From Trichoplax adhaerens (taxonomy: Eukaryota; Animalia; Placozoa): a stretch of DNA of 64,000 nt. The translations under genes were made by a program, and so were the position numbers. The notes beneath the pieces are model-generated. The model was not told the origin of the DNA and did no database searches. It worked only from the letters and a program-made list of their open reading frames with translations. The DNA lies in the NCBI RefSeq assembly GCF_000150275.1, contig NW_002060959.1, positions 680,371 to 744,370 of the forward strand, in the 5' to 3' direction. Shown piece by piece: positions 37,444-51,568 of this stretch. Position 1 is the stretch's first letter. Every line of letters begins with the position of its first letter.

Positions 37444-39566
37444 ATGAAAATCATAATGAAGATGAACAATGTTAAAAGATTACTAGTTGCATTCATTATT
37501 TTAGGATTAATTTGGAAGATTTTCACCTCTTATGCTAAAACACCACTTGCACAAGATGTCAATCACCAACAGCCACAACTCAATCAACAGTATACAATTA
37601 TAAACCGTAATGTCGTTCAACAACCACTCAAGCCAAGTCAAGACAGCTCACAATTTCATCACCATTCGACAATCACCCATTCTGCATTATTATCTCAACC
37701 ATTCGATGGGATGACTCTAAAACAGAAAAAAAATTATGTCCTCCTCAAGAATAACCTTCAAACTGTACTCAATTCTCACTTATTACAGTCGACAAGCAAT
37801 CACAAATTCGATTTAGTAGTTGTGGTACAAAGTCATAAAAGATATAAATACTTGCAAGCGTTGATGCAATCCTTACACAAAGCTCGTGGAATCAATAAAA
37901 TCTTATTAATTGTCAGCCATGATTATTTACTCACAGAGATGAGAACTGTGGTAGAAAGTGTTCAATTTTGTCCTGTAAGTCTCACTATCATCCAATATCC
38001 ATGCACTTAAACAGACTTTCTGTAGTAAACAAAGCAATCACCATGATGGAAATAGTTTGCAACATCACATGCAGCAATCAATTCATGATAGTATCCATAC
38101 GGTATCTTTCCATTCATTCCATGTCTATTTATACGTATAATCACAAATTGATCAATAGCACAATCGATCTGTAATTTTAAAATAGACATAAAGACTACTT
38201 ACTCTGACTTTAGATTTATGTGCTTCTAGGTCATACAAATATTTTTCCCTTATTCAGCCCAGTTGCATCCTGATGTATTTCCAGGCACAGATCCAAGAGA
38301 CTGCAAACGCGATACACCTAAAGAGCTGTAAGCTTGTACTGCAAAATGCATAAATAATCGTCTAACTAATATTACTATACTGCAGTCATTAACTTACAAC
38401 TTTAATGGGACAACAATAGAGCACTAGTTAAGAAATGTTTGAATGCCAACTACCCTGATCAATTTGGACATTACCGCGAAGCAGATTATACTATGACTAA
38501 GCATCATTGGTGGTGGAAGGTGAGTGATTCATACTAATATCAAGCAAGTGTTACAAAATTGATTGATGAATACCCATAATTTTTGTTGTATAGATCAATT
38601 TTGTTTTCGACCAACTTAATATCCTCAAGGATTATAAAGGCTTAGTACTACTTCTTGAGGAAGATCATTACGTAGCCCCTGACTTTTTGACAATCATGAA
38701 ACTATTAGAGCAAAAGCGTAATAGGTTCGTAAAGTTATGCCGGTCTTAATTTGTGCAATTTGTAACATTGTATGCTGACGACTATGAATATAATGCTTAT
38801 CCTTTACCATTCATAGTGAATACCCAAACTGCGATTTTCTTGGCTTAGGCTCATATAATCGGCATGGCAGTTATTCGCACTTTAAGCATAAGGTAGTTTG
38901 GTAGACAAATACCGTAACTTCATTCTTTTAACCCAGTAACAGCCATATTGTGTCATTTGCAGGCTGATTATGTTGCTTGGGCGTCAAACAAGAATAACAT
39001 GGGCATGGCTATGAATAGAGCCACGTTTGATAAAATCAAACGTTGCAATAATGTATGCTTCATTCTAATGTCGAATTCCGTGATACCAAATTGATTGTCG
39101 ATATTTACATTGTTTTATTAGCAATTCTGTCGATTTGATGATTATAATTGGGATTGGACAATTCAAAGTCTGAGCAGCAAATGTCTAAATCGTCCTCTAA
39201 CAATACTAACAATGCAAGCACCACATGTATTTCACGCAGGCGAATGGTGTGTTCAGTTAATTCTAAAAAATCCTGCTCTTGTTTGTGTCAATAAGCGGAT
39301 GCTTTACTCAATAATTTTCTATGCTTATTTTTCTTGATAGTTCCGGCCTTCATCATAAACGTTTTTGTAAAATGGAAGATACAATCACAGCAATTGAACG
39401 TTCGTTATCCGCAAATATGGATTACTTATTTCCGCAGACTATCGGTGTCACGAGTCAGAATAGGGAAATTCGAAGATTCGCCGGAGTTAGTCGGCCGAAT
39501 GGCTACGGCGGCTGGGGAGATATTCGTGACCACAAATTATGTATGTCTTATGTTAAATCTGCATAG
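37444..39566 (+). CDS. MGAT2: Alpha-1,6-mannosyl-glycoprotein 2-beta-N-acetylglucosaminyltransferase (GnT-II), 8 exons
   Basis: Type II TM anchor (LLVAFIILGLIW) followed by family motifs VVVVQSH, LLIVSHD, QIFFPYSAQLHPDVFPGTDPRDC, YPDQFGHYREA, TKHHWWWK, LLLEEDHY, NMGMA, FCRFDDYNWDW and GGWGDIRDHKLC; stop at 39564-39566. The start could be a slightly downstream ATG. Confidence 0.97.
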
Positions 39567-40488
39567 TCTATGCTATTCTAGTAGTATCATAAACTTGTAA
39601 GTGTACAACACTGTATATCTGTATTAAGCAGTACCGATTACAATTATGATTGTAAACGTCAGTAAATATATTGGCTAATATGTTTAAAAATATTTATGCA
39701 CTATTGTAAAGAGTTCATTCTATTCAATCTAATATGCAGACTTGCCACCATGAAAGCTTATTCTAGTCTGTAAAAGAGGATTGCAATAATGATACGATGA
39801 TCAATTAAAATTAATTACTCGTATTATGAATTTATCTACTTATCTTGCCTGATTTAGCATTTGATGGAGTTATGTAGCTAAAATCTACAACTTATTATTT
39901 GTACTATCGGTAAAATGTTAATGTGTTACATATTATTTTTGATATTAAACATTTTAATAGTTCAATACGTAGTAAACTCTTGCATCTTTCTTGCAATTGG
40001 CTACTGCATGCCAGAATATTTTTTTTAAAATAAACGTAATTCGCACCGATAAATTGTATTCATCGTTCATTTTATTTTTGCAGATTACATTATTAAATAG
40101 ACAAGCATATAATTATAGCTACTCTATTTGTTGGAAGGTAGTTCAAAATATTACAAAACAATCAAATAAAGTGTTATCGGATATTAAGATATACTAATGA
40201 AGTCGTAGAGTAAAAAGTAACATCCCAACTAGCCGTATGTACTGTACCGTAAGTAGTCGCAATGCATCAACATACTACAACAATTTCGATGTAAGCTCAT
40301 AGTAACATTAATTGATTCGCTACAATTTTGCAATGGTGACAGTAAAATTGCATTTTAAAAACGTAAATACATTAAATAATTGTAATCGGAATACCTAATA
40401 TGTCAAATGTATAGGAAATTCAGGTTACGGGTAATCATTTGAGATCGGATGACGGTAATTGTAAACATTACAAACTGCTATACATAGA

Positions 40489-43400
40489 CTAACGGGAAAA
40501 AAGATATATTTCACTAAAATCATAACCAGTAAGTGCAAAAGTAAGACCTTCAGGTGAAGTAAATTTACATCCTTGCAGTTGAACGTCAGTTACAGATTCG
40601 GAAAATTTCATTTCGACCTATTTATAATTAAGCATATTACAATCGAAATTGATACGTGTATCTTGAAAATTTCAAAAGGATACAGACCTTTAATTTATTA
40701 TCCACCAGGCCTAATGACCAAACACGAACATAGGTATCTTCCGATGCCGATAATAACTAAAGTAAAATAGTAATGATACTACTGAAAAATCCATACGTAA
40801 GGTATATCAAAACTTGTGTATAGCAGTGGTTATACATGGATATATCAAGTACTATATCATAGTCATAGTAGGTATTATTATTCTAATTCATGATATCAGA
40901 TCGATTAAGAGTTTTAGCTTATACGAGTATTACCAAATTGGCCTCAAAAGCGACATCAATAGCATTAACCCATCGTGCATGAGCAGCAATTTCTATCTCC
41001 AAATTCCCTGTATTAGCTTCATAAATTCGAATATGACCGGAGCCATACCCACCGATAATATATTTATCCCAAAGACGTATCGATGAACATGGATAACTAT
41101 CAGGTAAGCGTAGACAAGATAAATTTGAGATGTAGTAAAAGCAAATTTTAGCCATCGATAAAACTAAGAATTGATTACAAACTTTTGTCCTTTGATCAAT
41201 GTCACTTTGCTAATGGATTTATCACTGGTTTTCCATATGGCTATATTTCCCAATTCATCAGCACTAGCTAGAGTGTCCGATTCTCCGGAAATTAAATCAG
41301 TTATAGGTACATCATGACCTGAAAGAGTTTCTTTCAACTGAATATTCAAAACCTTTCCGTTATCATCAACACTGAAGATCAAGATAGATCCAGACGAAGT
41401 TCCTATAATGGTATAACGTATTATATTGGAATTATTCTTAAATCAAAAGAAAAGTGAAGTAAATGACGATCAAAAGTCAACTGATCTTACCGACGCACAC
41501 TAAATTATCAGATTTAATACTTGTAATACCACGAGCAAACTGAGCTAAATTGGAGAGAAAATTTAAGATTTTAGTTCTTAGCGTTACTATATGTAGATAT
41601 CTATTTATACAATTTTATGTCGAATCTTTTTATAACGGATTAATAGGATAGAACCTGATCCATTCATTTTCAATGTGAATATAAAGTAAATCAGTTTAAA
41701 ATGTGCAACGAAAGTTTAGCATGTCTAAACCTATTATATCAAAAAAATGTATTTATTCTTTTATAGCTCACCAGTCTTTTCATCTGATCTGTTTAAGGCA
41801 TGCCAAAACAGCATTATAGATCCATCAGGTTCAAACATCTGTGAAGAAAGAGTGATGAAAATAAATTGTCATATAAGATATGTTAAAGCAGACACGTCTT
41901 TCAGAGCTACAATAAAATCGATTTGGCATTTCATAGAGATGCTAACTTTGATCATTAGTAGATTAATATATTTGATCCCTTATATATAATGATTTTTATT
42001 CTATCAACTATCTTACTATACATCTATTGCATTATTTTACAGATTCTGAATAATACATAATCAAAGAATAACTTTTCTAATTGTTCGTTGTCTAACCTGG
42101 ATGCCTTTCAGTGATGCAATAACTAATACCTTTCTAGATTCCAAAGCACACCAAGAACTCTAAAAATTAAATAATAACCTAGTTTAACTTCTAGACACAA
42201 AGCAAATAGAATACTTACATTATTAAATATGATTATAGTTGTTGTATACTCAGCACATTGGTGATACTAGTTAAAGTCGATTCTGTAAAGTCCACCTATA
42301 GCAATTCATACCATGATTTGCTACAGTGTCTAGTTACTATTTTTATTAAATACTTTAAAAAATTGCTAACTTTCAGTTTTTTGATATTAAAAATTTCGTA
42401 GGAAATAAATTATAGTAATCAATCGGCGTAATTGTCAAATCCGTTTATAAGTATTTAACATGCTATTGGTGCAATTAACAAACAACTTAACATCCACTTC
42501 TAAAGTAGAATATATGTGTATTGGATAATAATCAACTGGTAAGAAGCAATCAGATGAAAATTAGATCTGTGTCACCGAGTTTAATAAACTAATAATAATG
42601 ATGAATTTAATCGCTAAGGATAGTTATTGTTTATAGAATCACGGCCTAAGAAATGAATTCATTAGAATGACACTCTTAGTTCTGATTTTATTCTGATCAC
42701 CTCAGTAATAGGTTATGATCATAGTCTATATAATTCCTATGTATTGGAAGGAACTCAAGCTCAATAACAAATAATTTTAGCAAACTTAAAAATTATAATT
42801 ATGATTATCAACAGCTAGAGGGATATTTGAAAGAGAAAATTACGTCCACAAACTTAGTTTGAGGGCTAGTTAGTATAAGAAAAGTGAAATTCATAAAACT
42901 AGCAGAGGTACGTTGAATTATTCATGATTTTCAAGTTCGCAGGGATGTTAATTTCAAATGAGAAGTTTTTGTAAAACTCAACAACATGAATGAACTGTAG
43001 CCATAAGGATATTTTAATGGATATTGACTTCCTTTCTGTCATAAAGGTATTGTAAAGACAGTTAAACTAGAAATCTACATTCCATTAAACTTGAATAATA
43101 AATGTTTAAAATACATTTTTAACTCAAATGAATATCACTTAGCATAGATATTATATCGATTAAAGCAGTTGGAATAATATTATTTTGGTATCTACGGTAG
43201 CCTAAAATCCTTTTTGAAAACAGAAGTAAAGATTTACCTAGGTAATCTAAATAGAATTAATATGATTATTATTTTTATATACTCGTATAAACTAACTTGT
43301 AAGGGAAGTACTATAACTATAGATAGCCACAATAGTTAGTTTTTCCTAAATTGACTTCTTTAAGCCGCTCTAATTTATTTTACATGGCTACATATCCAAC

Positions 43401-45699
43401 AGAGAGTAAATTGGATTTTTTTTGGTATATTAAAAATTTGTACATTAGTGAAGATTTGTCTGCATTGAAATTAATTGTCAAGTAAGAGCGTTCCTATTAT
43501 ACTAGACAAGAATGTATTGATGGTATTAAGCAGAAAAAATGACCATATACATTTTATCATGGAGTACGATCAAAACTCATGATAGGGTATATAAAATGAT
43601 CAGGTTTGGTAAGGTTAATACTGTATAAATTGAACAATGATGCAAATTAGGGAGCCAATTGGTCACCATTATTAATATTCATGTATTGAGAATAGTCGCA
43701 AATGCAGACAACGCAATAGCACAAGAATAGTAAGGTAGAATAATAGTTTTTAATATTACAGAATCATGTCTAAAGCTAGACATGGCGTTGAAAACGTCAT
43801 GTTATTTTTGCAGATGTTACTAGTACAAACTCCTGTCGCTTTGCTGACGGTTTACGATAATGTGCTCATTTAACAGATAGTATTACCATTTGATAGACCT
43901 GTCAGAGGTTCAGTAACTTTTTACCGTGTACAAATATGAAAATGATTTGTCGATGAGTGAACCATGGTTATTAACAGCAATATCGAAACGGTAGCACCGG
44001 TTATTGCAAATGATACTCGGTAAATTCTTCTTCTTAAAATGTTACTGGATACGGTGTTAATCTAAATGAATTATCGTTAACCTTAAAATTTCTAAAATAG
44101 AAAGTTGGAGAATATGATTTGTTGTACTCTTGATACTGTGTATTGATAGCGAAGAATTTGGGCAAGTTTTATGCCTAAACAGCTATTTTAATGATTTTAA
44201 ATTGAATACTTTTCCTTCCATTGACAAAGTAATCAATCTAACGTAGTTACATCAACTCTATTTAGTTTCAAATATGGTAATCCACCATAAATGGAACGAT
44301 TGATACGGGATATATTCATGATTGGCGGCGATACTTACTGAAGTTAAATTACTACCGTCTACGGTGTCACTGAAAACGCTATTTGCTTCCTATTCTATCC
44401 GATCCTCTTCCAACAGTTCAATATGAAATAGGAGGACATTTGGAAAATTTTTTGATGGAAAGTCTAGTCAGTAGATACGCCTCTGTATCTTTCATTTCTT
44501 CTATGACAGTCATCATTCAATTGATATCAAAAGGTAGAGATAAAGTGATCCTAAAGCGTTAATAAAGTTCACTCTCGTATGTAGCACTATTTGTATCCTT
44601 CAAAAGTAAGTATCCCTTTCATCCACTGCCTGCGATTACCATTTGACTTCTATTTGCATGCATTCAGTACGATCCTAAATCATTCATGATTAGCTTATCC
44701 TTCTGTACTATTCGTAATCTTACCAACAGTCGATATGATATGCTGTAGGAAGACATTTGAAAATTTTTGGGAAGGAAAATCTAGCCGGTAGACATACCTC
44801 TGTCCATACAGTTTCTTCCATGATAGTTAACATTAAACGGATATCAAAAAGTAAAGATAAACTGATCCCATGGCATTAATCAACTCCACTTTAGTATGTG
44901 TCTTAACATTACTTTTATCCTTTATAAGTAAACATCCCTTTCATCTACTGTCTTCGATTCCTATTTGGTTTCAATTCACGTGCATTCAATATCGATCACG
45001 CTCGTTCTACATGCTAACGCTTAATCTGTCGTAGTCTAGTCTAAATGCGACGTTTTAGCCTACCATCGACAGTTGATCAATACTTTATTTAACGTCATCT
45101 ATTTAATGTACTCTACACACTACTGAACAAACTACTGAACATCCTAGGTAAAGTCAATATTATCATCATTTTCAACAAGATGTAGATCATGTTTGATGAA
45201 AGTGATCAATCGTGCTAACTTGGAGCGGACGCTCATGATGAATCTATTTGCAATGGATCGTAGGAAATAGAAATTTACAAAACTAAATTTGGATTCAAGC
45301 AAGGGATGATAACTCGATTGAAATCAGTACATTAAGATCGTCATAATGAACAAACAACCCCTACATTAACGTACAAACTGTCTTTGTATATCCAATTTAT
45401 AGTCTATCCTCAAGGCGTCTAGACATGATTGGATTTCATGTGATCATGATCATTTCTCTTACCTGAGTAATACTACTACTCGTACTCGTTTGAGTTGTAC
45501 CGCTTTCTTTGCATGTTACTTGTCTATAGATATGAGGCAATCCAGGCGACGAATTAATTAAATGCGATACAGATTTATGAACCACAGCAAAGGTTAAACT
45601 GCCGCCACTTTGCGATGAATTTGCATCGGAAACATCTAAATTATTGCATAAAGCAGAACAACTTGCTTTCAATGGTATCGATGGTTGTCTTTTATACAT
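40489..45699 (-). CDS. WDR54: WD repeat-containing protein 54, 8 exons
   Basis: Exon 1 45699-45463 encodes MYKRQPSIPLKASCSALCNNL...ITQ; then 42159-42097 (SSWCALESRKVLVIASLKGIQ), 41838-41772 (MFEPDGSIMLFWHAL), 41544-41491 (QFARGI...VCVG), GHDVPITDL, GYGSGHIRIYEANTGNLEIEIAAHARWV, LLSASEDTYVRVW and FALTGYDFSEIYLFSR*. Collinear with recalled human WDR54. Confidence 0.93.
44410..44992. repeat. Diverged tandem duplication (about 315-bp period) inside WDR54 intron 1
   Basis: 'caacagt...taggaggacatttggaaaattttt...tctagtcagtaga...gatatcaaaa.gta.agataaa.tgatcc...atccctttcatc.actg...tgcattca' at about 44410-44670 and 44725-44992. Confidence 0.85.
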
Positions 45700-46432
45700 G
45701 ACACCAGCAGGAATAGCAACAGCAACAGCAATAGCAAAACAAAAAAGAAAAGGCAATCAAGTTGAAGAATTTCCTAGCTTGAAGAGAAGTCGTGCTCCTT
45801 GGATATAATGCACTGCAGCCCAAGAGATAGCACTACAATTAGTAACATGATATCCAAGATATTATTTTATACAGTATAATCGAATTGTCCGTTATTAGAC
45901 GCGATTGTCCTATTGTATTAAGCCCTGTAGTTATTTTAAATTATAGAATTCTATGAATATTAATGGAGTCCTGTAGACAATGTCCATTCTGCAGTGCTTG
46001 TACCGTGCCCACTGACCGATAGAAATCATAGCCATTTCTTGTACTGCTAGGATAGAAACTGGCTAGGCGTTCGCTTTACAACCTGGCTTCCCTTTCTACC
46101 CATTTTTAGCCATACGGCAGTATATTATTTCCCGGATTGCGATCAACACACAATTTATATTACAATATACGAGTATAGCTATCATGGAGTCTCTATCCAG
46201 TCATAAGCTTGGACAGTGAAGTATATCAGCTAGTATTGTGTGTGCCAGTCTAAGTGCTATCATAAAGAAAATAAAAATAGCCAAGGGAAAGGATTGTAGC
46301 GCTAAAAATGGAAAGACTGATCGTTTTTTCTATCCATTTTACGATCTGAAATCTACCAGCCAGCTCAACTGATCTTCTCATTCTTGAACTGATGTAATTT
46401 TCAGTGTACACTTACGGAGGGACGATGCAGTC

Positions 46433-47155
46433 AAAATGGCCTGTAAAAGAGAATCACCTTGTTCATTTCTAGTTTCCAAAATGTTGCTTTAACTGTGGTT
46501 GTGATAAAGTGTCTTCTCAAAAATACAACGTGAATGACAGTTTCTTGGAAAATTCACTGCATTACATAAGATTAGGCTCATCTTACAACTACCAAGGATT
46601 CGTTTCAATCAGACTATCTAACTTATTACAGCAATATTTACGATTTATACATAATGATCTTCATCTTAAGCTTATTTGGGACTGCACTACGGTGGCATAT
46701 TCATAGAAGCGAGATTACAGTTAAAGTAACCACTAGTCTATGAAATAGACTCATCCTGTTCATTTCTATAGTAGTTTCCAAAGCATTGATTTAGCTGTTG
46801 TAGACTTGTTAAGCTCGAGTACAATTAAAATGGCCACTGATCAGTAAAACAGACTCATCCTGTTTATTTCTAGTTTCCAGAGTGTTGCTTTGGCTATAAT
46901 ATGCTCGTGTAAGCTAGAAAACGATTAAAATGACCGCTGATCAGCAAAACAGACCTATCCCGTTCTTTTCTAGTTTCAAAAATCATAGTTGAGAAGTAAT
47001 GTCCCTAAGTTCGTGTAAGGTTGCAGAGTACAATTGAAATGATAAATGATCAGTAATATAGACTCATCCTGTTCATTTCTAGTTTTTAAAGTATTGCCTT
47101 AGCTGGAGTATATTCGTTTAAGGTAAAGTATAAATAAAAATGACCAGCTGTAATA
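46433..47155. repeat. Approximately 100-110 bp minisatellite, about five diverged copies
   Basis: Recurrent 'aaaatg.cc.ctgatcagtaaaacagactcatcctgttcatttctagtttc' at about 46433, 46745, 46828, 46927 and 47036. Confidence 0.85.
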
Positions 47156-48820
47156 AAATTCAAACCCAAAGAAGACGTCAGTGGATAGTAATAGCTGTAT
47201 TACAATTTATTGAGGGTCTAATGTTAACTGAGGATAAGAGCTAACCATTTACAGGAAGAACTTGCTTTATATACAACAGGCAAACATCATCTGCCATCTT
47301 ACAAGTTACTATAGCTTCTTAATTAATATAGTAGGAGCTTCTACTAACACCATGGTTTCTTATGTTATCACCTATCTTTCCAAATACCACATAGTTAATC
47401 ACTGATTATATTATTCATACATTTTTAGTCAACAACACTCTTATAATCATCATACCAGATAAGATATCTCAGCTAATATAGGATCTCCTATATTAACGTC
47501 AACAGCTATTTAAGTTAGTTAATCTTGCTAATGTTACATCAACAAAACAGAGTCAGACTATTTATTTCTACAGTAGTTTCTAAACTACTGCTTTCTTGAA
47601 TACGCGTGTATGGGGTATTATTAGCGTGAGCTACATGAACTTCTATTCTTATATATTGCACTCGTCCGCAATTCTTAAGCGCTGTCTACTTCTAGAAGAT
47701 AGCCCTATCCATGTAATATATAGAAATAATTAATCAGTATAATTTATATGGTATTCTATCATTATAGGTTTGCTGGTGAACAATCTAAGACTCAATACTA
47801 CACGTGTTGAAGGTGTATATTGACTTGCCTATACAGTCGTGAAAGCCCTAATGCCTGCATACTTTATACATTTCAAATGCATTCGTAGGGGCGATTATAA
47901 AATTTGGACTACCACTATTCGACATGGTTGACATCATATGCTCAGATTACAGCGTATAGAGTATAGCTAAAATCCCACTATTTCCGCTAGTAATGTTACT
48001 AATGACCGACTCATAAGATTATAATGTTCAATACAGTTTCATACTTTTAATCTATCTAACATCAGATAATACCTTATCCTTATTCATGGGCTACTAGAAA
48101 ATGATCGACTATAGTAGCCCGTGCTTTATGATATAATGTTCATTCCTGGTAGTCATTTATAAACTTCAGTGTTTCATCAAATACTTAGCGATAGCTTTCG
48201 CTAAATGATCCGCTGAATAAAATATCTTGAATTCTACTCTATGCATTTTATAATTACCGTATAACTGTTAATACTAGTTATAAAAACATTTCTGGTATTA
48301 TAAATAGAAATAAATCGTTAGTTTAAGTGGCACAGTTTTAATTCTAGGTTTAAGTACTACCTACTTCGATCTATCATTGCATCGTAATATTTCAGTGCGT
48401 GAGTAATTTATTTAAAACCTGTAGGTATATGCAACTGATTACAAAACAAGTCAATATTACAAACAGTAGAGAGAATTAAATCCATTGAGTATGTATATTT
48501 CGTAATAAAACGAAAGCTTGACGATATGACGAACCAAAAGTAGAACTGCCTTACAATTAACGTCTATAGGATGTAAAATTGTTTAAATTTTTCACAAGAA
48601 TGTCAAAGAGTTTGCGCGTATTGTTAGTTTGAGTCACCTAAGAAAAGTAAAATTAGGTCATAAGCCTTGATGTAACCATTTTCCACCTATCTTCATAATA
48701 TATTGTAAGAGGTATGCTATGAACGATTATTAAAGTCAGCATAAGAAGTTAACGGACTTTCTGCCCCAATACGAAGAACATCTTGTGATAATTCTTGTTC
48801 GATTGCAAGCCAGACTCAAA

Positions 48821-51568
48821 TTACCACGGTATCGCATCTCCATAAATATCAAAATACTCTCCACTTTTATCCATTGTCAGCTGACTTATCAAGTCAATAA
48901 TAGCTCTGGCTGATTCTTCTGGAGAGAGTGGAGCATTCGGTCCTCCCATATCTGTTACCATCCAACCAGGGTCTATTGCCAAAGCGGCAATTTTTTTATC
49001 TTTCAAGTCAATACTTAAAGTTTTCGTAATCATATTTAGTGCCACCTATAAATAACGTAGGAATATAATTACGCATGTTCGAATAAATTTAATTCTACAA
49101 CGATACCAATTAAAATTAGGATACGTATTTATGTATATACAATGACATAGGGTGTCTGCAGTTTAATAATACGAACTTTGCTACATTTATATGGATATCT
49201 ATCCGGTAACGATGACGATTCCATTAAGGATCCGGCTATAGAGCTAATATTGACAACAACACCGTTTACAGTATTGTCTTTGGGCTTTTCCAGTAGAGGA
49301 AGGAAAGCCTGTAACACGAAAACAATTTATAAAAGAGATTGATAGTACGATAATTGCAGTCTCAGCTATAGTAGCTAACGAGTTAGCATGTGAGCTGTTT
49401 CATCATACTAGCCTAATCGATACTTACAGCACTTTGTTAAGACATACAGTTCTACATTATATGTTATCACTGTATTTCTCTAACACATAACGACAGCAAT
49501 TAGCTGAAATCATTACATTCATTATAACTTCTAATAACAGATAGGTGTCTTGCGTATATGATCGCCTGATAAAAATCATATTAAAGACTTGTAATTACAT
49601 TCTCAAGCTTACACGTTAAGTTGGTGATTAAATTGACTGTAGAATGAATGTTTTGTAAACGGGCCGAATAGTCATTTTTATTACCTTTACAATCATTAGC
49701 GGAGCTACTGTATTGATTCGAAATGAATTTTCCATTAATTCGGAAGTAACATCACATAGATTTGATTTATCGAGAATTGCAGCATTGTTGACCAGAACAT
49801 CAAGTCCATCGTTCGGTATCATCGATTCTACAGTACTGAATGCACTTTGAATTCCTGTATCACTTGCAACATCTATAATGAGCGATTAATCCAAAATTTT
49901 TATCGAGTAAAATAAATGCAAAATTGTAAAGGTACTACTCCTAGCTTTTAATTAACGTACTTACTCATCTCGATCAACTTCAAATTGGAATGCTTTGATG
50001 CTAATCTTTGTAAATCCTACTTGTATGTACATTGTACAATGATTAACAATATATGAACTTATATTATTAAGAGTATAGGTTATAATCATTAATAATTAAT
50101 CTATCATTAATCATGATTTGTAAATTGTAATACGGTAACTAGAATATCTCCTAGTGGATTAAAATAAAGTGCTACTCAACTGAAGATACATTAAGCAGCA
50201 ATAATTGATTAATATTAAAATATCAGACATATCTAGCCTTACTATGTTTTATCAGTTTTGCAGAAAACGATTTCTACCTTTATGTTTTAGTGAAACTACC
50301 TTGAAAAATAGTGAAATTTTAAATGTTTGCTGATGAATGCAAGCCGTTCCAGATACAAAAATAACATGTAAGCGCGTATGCATTGTCCCTTTAATCATTA
50401 CACTTGTATAAAGCATCCATTATATCAAAATAGTTATCTAATAAAACTAGACACTATTCAACCAGCACACCGACGTTGTTAAGCCTGATGATATTGCTTA
50501 AATGTAAAATATCCGTATTTTTCTTCTACCTAGCAAAATTACCCCATAGCTTGTTATTGTGTAGAACTACCTCCGCAATTCTACTTTGTCTATTGAAACT
50601 CTAGGTACTACTCTATCTAGTTTGCCTTACAGACACCTTTATCCATGTACAACTTTGCTTTAGCCATGCACTGTAGAGCTGTGGCTACAATTACTTTTCA
50701 TATCTAATTAATGATCGTTGAGCTATTCATCATATAAAGTTTCGAGGATAGACCATAATATTAATATTCAACATGTTACAGTAGTTAAAATAAAAGGAGT
50801 CTTCCTGAATTTATTACTATTAATGTACTACACTTACCATAAAACATATTCAAATTATTTGGTTAATGTAAAGATGAGCTGTTAACAAATTTGTCATCAC
50901 TTTACATTAGTAATGGACCTAATGGCTGTAAATTTAAATACGGACATGCTGCATTGTGATGGAATGAAATTTAAAGTACCCCCATCGTAAGCATTTCTTC
51001 ATCGCCTAAGAGAGACGCTATCTAATACTATTACCATTCGTCAGAGGATACAACAAGTGTAATTTCTTAATACTCTCACCTAGCATCTTTATGAGATCAC
51101 TTTATATATCATAGCAGGGTCATGGCAACAGGAGATAAAGTTCGACTTGTAATGGTACGTTCACATGAGCATCGAAAGCCCTGATACACTAATCTACTAC
51201 GTTGTTCATTCAACTTTATTATAGTCTACTGCTGCCGAGAACTGGAATACACTACGACTATCCCGTCAACAACAAGGTTAGTCAAGATTGTATCATTTCT
51301 ATATCCAGTAGTTCGCTGTCAATGATGGCCTTAAAACTATAGTATTCAATCGTAGCTCATGTTGATTGCCTAAAACAATTCGACTTATACATCAATGATA
51401 TTCATTGCAAAGCTAACAAATTACCGTTGTTCTGCCAGCATCTCGGTAGCAAGCGAAAACATGTTTGGGAGGGTTAACGGATGCGAGTAACACCTCGATC
51501 AGTTTCAATCCCAAGCCACGATTTGCTCCTGTTACCAATATCGAATTGATATGGACTAATTGCGCCAT
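48821..51568 (-). CDS. Short-chain dehydrogenase/reductase, CsgA(C-factor)/sniffer-like, copy 1 (5 exons)
   Basis: MAQLVHINSILVTGANRGLGL (TGxxxGxG), GLDVLVNNAAI, FRINTVAPL, NISS, catalytic YKCSK (YxxxK), IDPGWMVTDMGG and a C-terminal IPW. Confidence 0.92.
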
